Positions 56,464 to 64,000 of a stretch of DNA of 64,000 nt are shown piece by piece. Source of the DNA: the human T2T-CHM13v2.0 reference genome, Homo sapiens; NCBI RefSeq assembly GCF_009914755.1, contig NC_060931.1; one strand, given 5' to 3'. The stretch's first letter is position 1. Every line of letters begins with the position of its first letter. Below the pieces are notes generated by a model. It did no database searches. It saw only the letters and a list, made by a program, of their open reading frames with translations, and was not told the DNA's origin. Position numbers and translations under genes: made by a program.

Positions 56464-59400
56464 TATGTGTGTAATTAACATATTTTATTGACAATATTTA
56501 TGTATATCTGTAATTACATATATCTGTACAATGTGACATTTAATCTATGTAGGCATTATAGAAAGTTTCAGTCAAGTGAATTAACATGCCCTTCACCTCA
56601 CCAATTTATCACTTTTCTGTGGTGAGAACATTAAAACTTTTTAAAAACAAATCTGAAATATACATTATTATTATCTGTGGTCAACATACAATGCATTACA
56701 TCACTAAAGTTCATTCCTTCAGTCTAACTAATTCTTTGTACCTCTGATTAACATCTTCTCTTCCCTCCACTCCTAGTTTCTGGTATCCACATTTCTATTC
56801 CTTGTTTCTGAAATAGACCACTTTAGAGTCCATATATAAGTGAGATCATACCGTATTTGTCTTTCTGTGTTTAGCTTATTTCATTTAGCATATTGTTCTA
56901 CAGTTTCATCCATGTTATTGCAAATGATAAAATTTCCTTCTTTTTTAAGGGTATATAGTATTCCATAGCGTATATATACTGCATTTTCTGTATGCATTCA
57001 TCTGTTCCTGGATACTTATATTGCTTTCATATCTTGGCTATTGTGAATAATCTAAAAGAAATCTGGGAATGCCGATATCTCCTTGACATACAGATTTCAC
57101 TACCTTTGGAATATATCCAGAAGTGGGATTGCTGAATCACATAGTAATTCTATTTTTAGATTTACGAGTTACTCCCATGCTATTTTCCAAAATAGGTGTA
57201 CTAATATACTTTCCCATCAACAATGTACAAGGGTTACCTTTTCTCCACATCCTTGCCAATACTTGTTGGCATCAGTCGTTTTGATAATAGCCATTCTAAT
57301 GGGCATGTGGTGATATCCCACTGTGGCTTTAATTTGCATTTCTCTGATGATTGGAGATGTGGAGCAGTTTTTCATATATCTATTGGCCATTCATATCTCT
57401 TCTTTTGAGAAATGTCTGTTCAGATTCTTTGCACATTTTATAATTGGGTTGTTTTCTTGTCATGAGTTAAATTCCTCATATGACGTGGATATAAACCCCT
57501 CATCAGGTGTATAGTTTGCGAATATTTTCTTTAAATCTGGTTTCTCTCTTCATCGAGTTGTTTCCTTTGCTATGCAGAAGCTGTTTAGTTTGAGGCAATT
57601 CCGTTTGTCTATTTTTGCTTTTGCTGCCTGTGCCTTTGGAGTTCCATCTAAAAAATAATTACCCAGACCAAAGCTGTGGAGATCTTCCCCTGTTTTCTTA
57701 TAGTATCTTTGTAGTTTTAGGTCTTATATTTAAGTCCTTTATCAATTTTAAATTGATATTTGGGCCTGGCACGGTGGCTCACAGCTGTAATCCCAGCATT
57801 GTGGGAGGCAGAGGCGGGCAGATCACCTGAGGTCAGGACTTTGAGACCAGCCTGGCCAACATGCTGAAACTCCGTCTCTACTAAGAACACAAAAATTAGC
57901 CAGGTGTGGTAGCACATACCTGTAGTCCCAGTTACTCAGGAGGCTGAGGCAGGGGAATCTCTTGAACCCGTGAAGCGGAGGTTGCAGTGAACTAAGATGG
58001 CACCACTGCACTCCGGTCTGTATGAAAGAAAGAGACTCCATCTCAAAAAATTATATATGTATATATATATAAATTGATATTTGTATTTCTAGTGATATGG
58101 GGTCTGATTTCGTTCTTCTGAATATGAATATTCGGTTTTCCCATCAGCATTTGTTGAATAAAATCCGTCATTTCCTATTATGTATTCTTGTCACCTTTGA
58201 AAGAAATCAATTGATCATAAATACTTGAGCTTATTTTCTGGGCTTTCTAACCTGTTCCATTCGTCAGTGTTCCTCCTTAATCAGCCCAGTCAGAGATTCT
58301 AAGTGCCTCTAAGTTTTGTGTTTGTCCAGCCTGCTGTCTTTGTTCTTAGTGGCCCCAATACATGGGAGAGTATCAAGTTGTGCTATCGCCTTGAGAGACA
58401 TTTGATAGAAGCCAGTCCCTAGGAATGTGGCTGGAGAGGTCGGGGTGTTAGATGCGTGTTCCAGTTCTTTCTGTCTCTCTTTTCAGAGAAGCTGAGAGCC
58501 AGAGTTTCTTTCTCATCCATTCTGCCTTACTCCAAGGAATGAAGCTGAGATAGATGCCTGTACCCTTGATCATACTGCTCACTTTGAACCTGGGGAGATA
58601 CTTGTTGAATGTTTGCAAGTTTAAAAGTCACCTTTTGTTCCCTGTGGTCTAGGAGATTCAGGAGCGTGGAGTTCTGTCAACTCCCAGAGCCAGGTGATTT
58701 AGGAGCCAGTCCCAAGCAAAGACTGTAAAAGTTGAAGTATTTGATGCATGTAGAAACTGCCTCCAGGGAGGGTCTTCAGATCTATATTTACTGCTGGGTC
58801 AAGCTGGGGAAGAAGGTGCAGAGAGTGCCCACAGTCCTGCTTGAGCATTCAGAAGACGCCCTCCCTCATAGCAGGGGAGACTTCTGGTCTGGAGTGCCCA
58901 CTTTCCTTTAAGACATGAAGAGGTCTCTCTGCTTCCTTCCAATAAGAGATTGCGGAGTTTATCTCTAGAGCAAGCTGAGGGAGAAGGCACAGGAGTGCTG
59001 TCCCTCCCAGTCTTGCTGGGAGAAGACTTCAACTCTTCACAGAGAGACTGCAGGGCTGGGATTAGCACTGGAGAAAGCCAGGGAAGGCCCTCGTAGGTGC
59101 TGTGCTTCCTGTTTAGGCTCAAGTTGGCTTTTTCTTTATTGCTTTGTAGGCTCCCAGAGACTGACCTGTTAAAGGCCAAAACCACAGGGAACTGCTGTGA
59201 AGCCAAACCCTCTCCAGGGGAAGGGTGGAAGCTGGACAGATCTAGGGGCTACCGCTGCTGAGAGTGCCCTCAGAGGCAGTTCAAATTCTTCTTTGTTTTT
59301 GTGCTTGAGGGAAATCTCCCAATGTGCTGTCTCTGACATTCTGCAAGTGGGGTGATCTAAGAGCCCCTCCCCCTTGCAGTGATGGTAAAAGTTGGGCATT

Positions 59401-59681
59401 ATAGGTGTGGTGCAAGCCTGTTACCCCTCAGGAAGAAGCTGGGAGTTGAGGTTTCTTTCCAAATGTAAGGCACTGTGCTCAGGGTGGGGTTATGCCTGAG
59501 TGTATCTCCACTTTTTCTACTCATTTGGGTGTATTTTCATAGTTGTCAGGTGTGTAGGAGTCTTTGAGCTGGATTCTGGCTTTCTCTGGGACAGAACTGA
59601 TCCACTCATGGCTATTTACTTGGTGTGTCTGTGGGAGGAGGGAGCATCAAGAGTCTCCTCTCTGCCACCTTGCTGACTTCC
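56464..59681 (-). mobile_element. L1MA with both ends retained and a large internal deletion (5'UTR ~58271-59681 fused to ORF2 end/3'UTR 56464-58270)
   Basis: Antisense L1MA 3'UTR/ORF2, then an abrupt switch to GC-richer L1M 5'UTR-like sequence ending GCCACCTTGCTGACTTCC; TSD TGTGTTGGCGATTTTT / TGTGTTGAATATTTTT. Confidence 0.78.
57763..58069 (+). mobile_element. AluSx inserted in the L1MA, (TA)n tail
   Basis: Perfect TSD TAAATTGATATTTG (57749-57762 / 58070-58083). Confidence 0.96.
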
Positions 59682-60986
59682 TGTGTTGAATATTTTTGAC
59701 TTGTGTTTATTTACATTTTGTTTATACATTTGTATTTTTTCAATTAGTGATACTACAATTCATGAATTCTGCTTTATGCTATCAATTATGAGTAGCCTTA
59801 GGTTAATTGCTATATTTAATTTCCTGTTACAGCTATAGCTTCTTGTGGCTTAGAATTGCCTTAGAATGTAATAATTCTAGCAACAAAAGAAAATAGATTG
59901 AAATGGGCCAGACAGACATTCATCTGTTCTCTCTTTTCATAAAAAGGAAAACTAAAAAGTGCTTATAATTTGAGATATTGCTGCCCATTTGAAATTATAA
60001 AAAGTCTCTAAATTAAGACATAACTGCTTATTTCTTTCAGTTTTTTGAAACAAATCAAGTAAACTATACACAGAAGATACATGATCATTTCTCTCATGAT
60101 TTAATTTTAGACAATGCCTTTTAATCTTTTTATTTCATTTTAAGTTAAAAAGGCCATTTGCCTTCTGTATTAATTATTTTGTTTATCAAGTCATCTGTAA
60201 TTGTTTGTAGATAATGATAATGTATTTTGAAAGCAGCTTTTTTTTTGTTCCTATATACCCCAAATGTTACTTCATAACATTTTTATTTTATTTTTCTTTC
60301 TTGATCTTCAAGTGAAAGAGATAAAGCCTGGTGCTTCCCTTTCTTGTCAGTTTTAGAAATTAAAGGAGAGAGAAAAGAGGCTGAACAACAGATGCAAGGT
60401 CAGATTAAATGTCTCATTAGAGCCTTTTATGCAAATGCTGAACCCTGCAGTCTTGAACCGACAGACATTTCACTGTTTGGGATCCTGATGAGTCAAGTAG
60501 AGACAAGGTAAGAGTCATATTGGTTATTTAGATAAAAGACTTAAACCAAAACATAGGGCTGAGAATTAGGACCCCGGGGGTGATAAAAAATTACATATTA
60601 AAAAAAATTATGTCATAAGTCCACCCGTGGTGGGAGATAACTTTCATGAAGCTGTGTTTGGTCATGAGAAGTTGCTAGACTCCATGGTGGAACATACTTA
60701 ACATACGTCCATAAGATACGTTTACGCAAAGGATAAGCAGGATGTTTTCTATTTATAACTGTGTCCTGTATGACAGAAGTTTTAAATGTGTTCAGGTTTT
60801 TTAATTTTTTTTTTTTTTAATAAAAACTACTACTCCAATCACTGTGTGGCTTCTCCAAGCACACCTACTCTTTCCAAGAGCTATCACTCTATCAGAGGGG
60901 CACTGCTGCTCTTCTCACCCACCTACGGGAGGTCGTCAGAGGAGGGACACTGAATCCAGAAGCATAGGGGCCTTGTTCAATGGGGA

Positions 60987-61110
60987 TTCATTCATTCATT
61001 CATTCAATACATATTTACAAATCACTCAAACTAAACACTTTCAATTGAAAATTGTGTTATGTACCGCATACCATGATGGATAATACCACAACTTGGTACG
61101 TCATAGAGTT
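60987..61110 (-). mobile_element. L2 3' end
   Basis: (TTCA)n terminus followed by ATACATATTT. Confidence 0.5.
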
Positions 61111-61905
61111 ATGAAGATTGATAAACATTTGTATTTTCTTAGTCCCTTTTTATTTATTCATATACATTTTAATATCTGATTATCATGTTTGAATTTCCTT
61201 TGATTATAATGTTCTTTATAAATGCAATACATTAAAATTAGAAGTTAGCAGTTGACTTTATAAGAATCATTACAAAATTTATAATTATTCAAACAACACA
61301 AGCAAATAGGTAATCATCTATACTAAGCTCTAATATAAGTTCCAAGACAGGCTAAATCCAGTATACTGCCTTGTATTTTTTTGTCCCATCTTTCTGAGAA
61401 TCTTTGTATAATTTGACAATAATGTCAAGTGGAAAGAGAAATAAATCCCTCTTTTTCTTTTCCTGCATGTTGTACCTGAGAGTGTTTTTTCCTTTTCTGA
61501 CACTCCTTTTGTATAGTTCTTTCAGCAGTAGCAATTTATTCTAATAAATAGGCACTCATCACATGATCTGGAAACTACTGATTTCGTCTCAGTCTGCCAC
61601 AAATACAATTAAGCTGTTCTGTTTCCATGGTTAGCCATCCTGTTTTCTAAAATAGGAGGTTTCTAAACCTCTCCATTTTCTACAAGTTAAAAACTGGAGC
61701 TATTCTTTTTTAATTGGTTCTTCTGTATTGGATCAAAGCATGCTATGCAATTACTGATGCTGTCATATTGGCAGAAAGAATACGCAGAAGTTCAAGCTAA
61801 CATTACACATGTCATCTTTCCTTGAAGAAGTACACACAGTTAACTCAATCAAAGCAATGTAAAGCTTGTTTTTTGAGGCATTGTTTCCAATAAAAAGATG
61901 AAATT

Positions 61906-62224
<319 letters not shown>

Positions 62225-62743
62225 CTATTATTGGATGTAAACTAGTGATTATAATGATTATGAAATATATAGCAAAATGGATCAGAGTTTTACACATTTA
62301 GTTCTGTTTTGATTGTTTTTCATATTTAAAATAATAAAGTGTTGAGAATTCTACTAAAGCTATAAAATAAAAAGCTTTCATCTTAAAACAATCTTATCAT
62401 TGTAGATGATCTGATTTTCATACCGATAAACATGCCATGTTACTTCATTGTCAATATATTATACAGGCAAAATAAGACAAAATATACGTCACTTAAAAAT
62501 TTAAAAAATGTCTTATAGGCTTCTGAAAATGATTAGGCACATACTATCACTTTTTCCTGTGAAATAAAAAGAGATAGTCTTTAATATTTAGAATGATTGT
62601 TCAACTTAATGCCTTCTCTCCCTATTTACAAACACTCTGTGTTTGGAAAACACACACCTTAAGCAAAATGCAGGTATATGTAAAAGAAACAGATCTTGTT
62701 TCAAGAGAGAAGATACGAAGAAAGCATTTAAAACAGTGAATGT

Positions 62744-62779
62744 CTTCACCATTACTCCTCAAATGGAGTAATGGTGAAG
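62744..62779. repeat. Perfect inverted repeat, 15-bp arms, 6-nt loop
   Basis: CTTCACCATTACTCC-TCAAAT-GGAGTAATGGTGAAG. Confidence 0.95.
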
Positions 62780-62944
62780 CCGGTGTGGAGGGAGTGTATA
62801 AAATTTTTGTAACACAGTTGGCAATACCTGAATACTTAAATATGTAAATTGTTAGGATACCTTAGAATTCAGTATAGAAATGTTATATATAATAATCTTA
62901 CATAATAAAGTAATGCAATATATAATATGTATGTATAATCTTAA

Positions 62945-63150
62945 CTCTTATGAATGCTTTGTAAATATAACCGATTGACAGCCAAAACAGTCCTTGGAGA
63001 CAGATATCTCTTCTATTATCCCATTTTGCAGTTGAGAAAACTGAGGCACAAAAGGTAGAGTAATACGCCCACTGTCACAGATCCAACATGTCTTAGGGGT
63101 GGGATTTGAGCTCCGGCAACCTGGCTCTAGAGGTGTTGGTCTCGAATGCC
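62945..63150 (-). mobile_element. MIR
   Basis: TATTATCCCATTTTGCAGTTGAGAAAACTGAGGCACA...GGGATTTGAGCTCCGGCA. Confidence 0.85.
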
Positions 63151-64000
63151 TCAATCTTTTTGTTCTCCATGATAAGATGTGGCATCACAGAACCCTCCTT
63201 ATCCTCTAGGTCAGATAACTTTTACTGTGCTTAGGATTTTAATGTCTTTCTAAGACTTAAATGATAATTTTTCCTTCTCAGCATGCATTTAATTTTGAAT
63301 ACATCATGCTATTGTACTCTAAGTCATGTATATAGATCCACAGCAATAAAAATACTTTAAAAAACTTGTCATAATTACACATTGATAAAGGGATTTCACT
63401 GTCATATCATCATTTTCAGAGGCTATCATATTAGTATAATTTAAAATATAGTAGTAAAAGCTTGAATCTATGTGTCTGGATAAGACTTTCTCAACAAGAG
63501 AGATTTTAGTAGACCGGGGTACAAATTGGACAAACAAATGTTAGAAAATAATGCTGAAGACAAAATATACTCAACTCACTTCTTATAGCAAATGTGTTAA
63601 AAGTGTACAGCTCATAAATTTGAACTCACATTGTTTTGATTTCTTATACTCTTTGAAGCCAGGCTTGACGTATGGATGCATATTTAAGATGTGATCGGCT
63701 TCAAACATGAATTGATTATTCTGTTTGATGTTCATTAACATTAAATAATTTGAGTGGGGCACTGAATCTGATTGTGTTTATTTTAGTGTGTGTTAGTGAA
63801 AACAGATTTCTGTGTAGCTGATCTAATGTAGGTGGACAGCAAGTGTCTGGGCTGTGTCTGCATTCCCATCGTTCGGGCATGGCTGTGTTGTCAGCTGCTG
63901 ACTAATATGTCCCTTGAGTGACACCACAGTTCTGCTACATGAAGGGAGGAAAAGGCGAGTTCATTCTTTTGATTTTACACAGTAAACATGCCAATTTCCT

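Noticed and set aside
60485-60520. CTGATGA-GTC...GAC hammerhead-like motif
   Set aside because: The required GAAA after stem II is absent (AAGG) and there is no stem I complement.

Overview
AT-rich (roughly 35-38% GC by eye) primate, most likely human, non-coding genomic DNA (intergenic or deep intronic). I find no credible protein-coding gene. The long ORFs come from a dead L1 or from Alu and microsatellite translations. Much of the window is recognisable transposon-derived sequence: about 15 Alu/FLAM/FRAM copies, a full-length THE1 MaLR provirus, several solo LTRs (THE1C, MLT1A, MLT1C, LTR26-like, LTR33-like), three larger L1s, DNA-transposon MITEs (MER5A, MER20, MER58A/B, MER6B, MER91), MIR/L2 relics and microsatellites. 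The most notable structures are: (i) a near-full-length L1PA with a 2.1-kb 5' inversion (twin-priming type) and an 86-bp internal duplication, nested in older L1s; (ii) a second, tiny inverted L1PA inside an L1MA; (iii) a Y3 RNA retrocopy sitting inside the target-site duplication (TSD) of an Alu monomer; (iv) an L1MA that keeps both ends and its TSDs but has lost ORF1 and most of ORF2; (v) an apparent 5-bp micro-inversion that creates a consensus splice donor in a FRAM; (vi) several strong + strand acceptor/donor pairs that could be exons of an unannotated spliced RNA; (vii) a perfect 15-bp hairpin and a compound non-B-DNA tract. I do not see convincing evidence of a novel biological system. 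Subfamily names come from my recall of consensus sequences and need RepeatMasker/Dfam confirmation.
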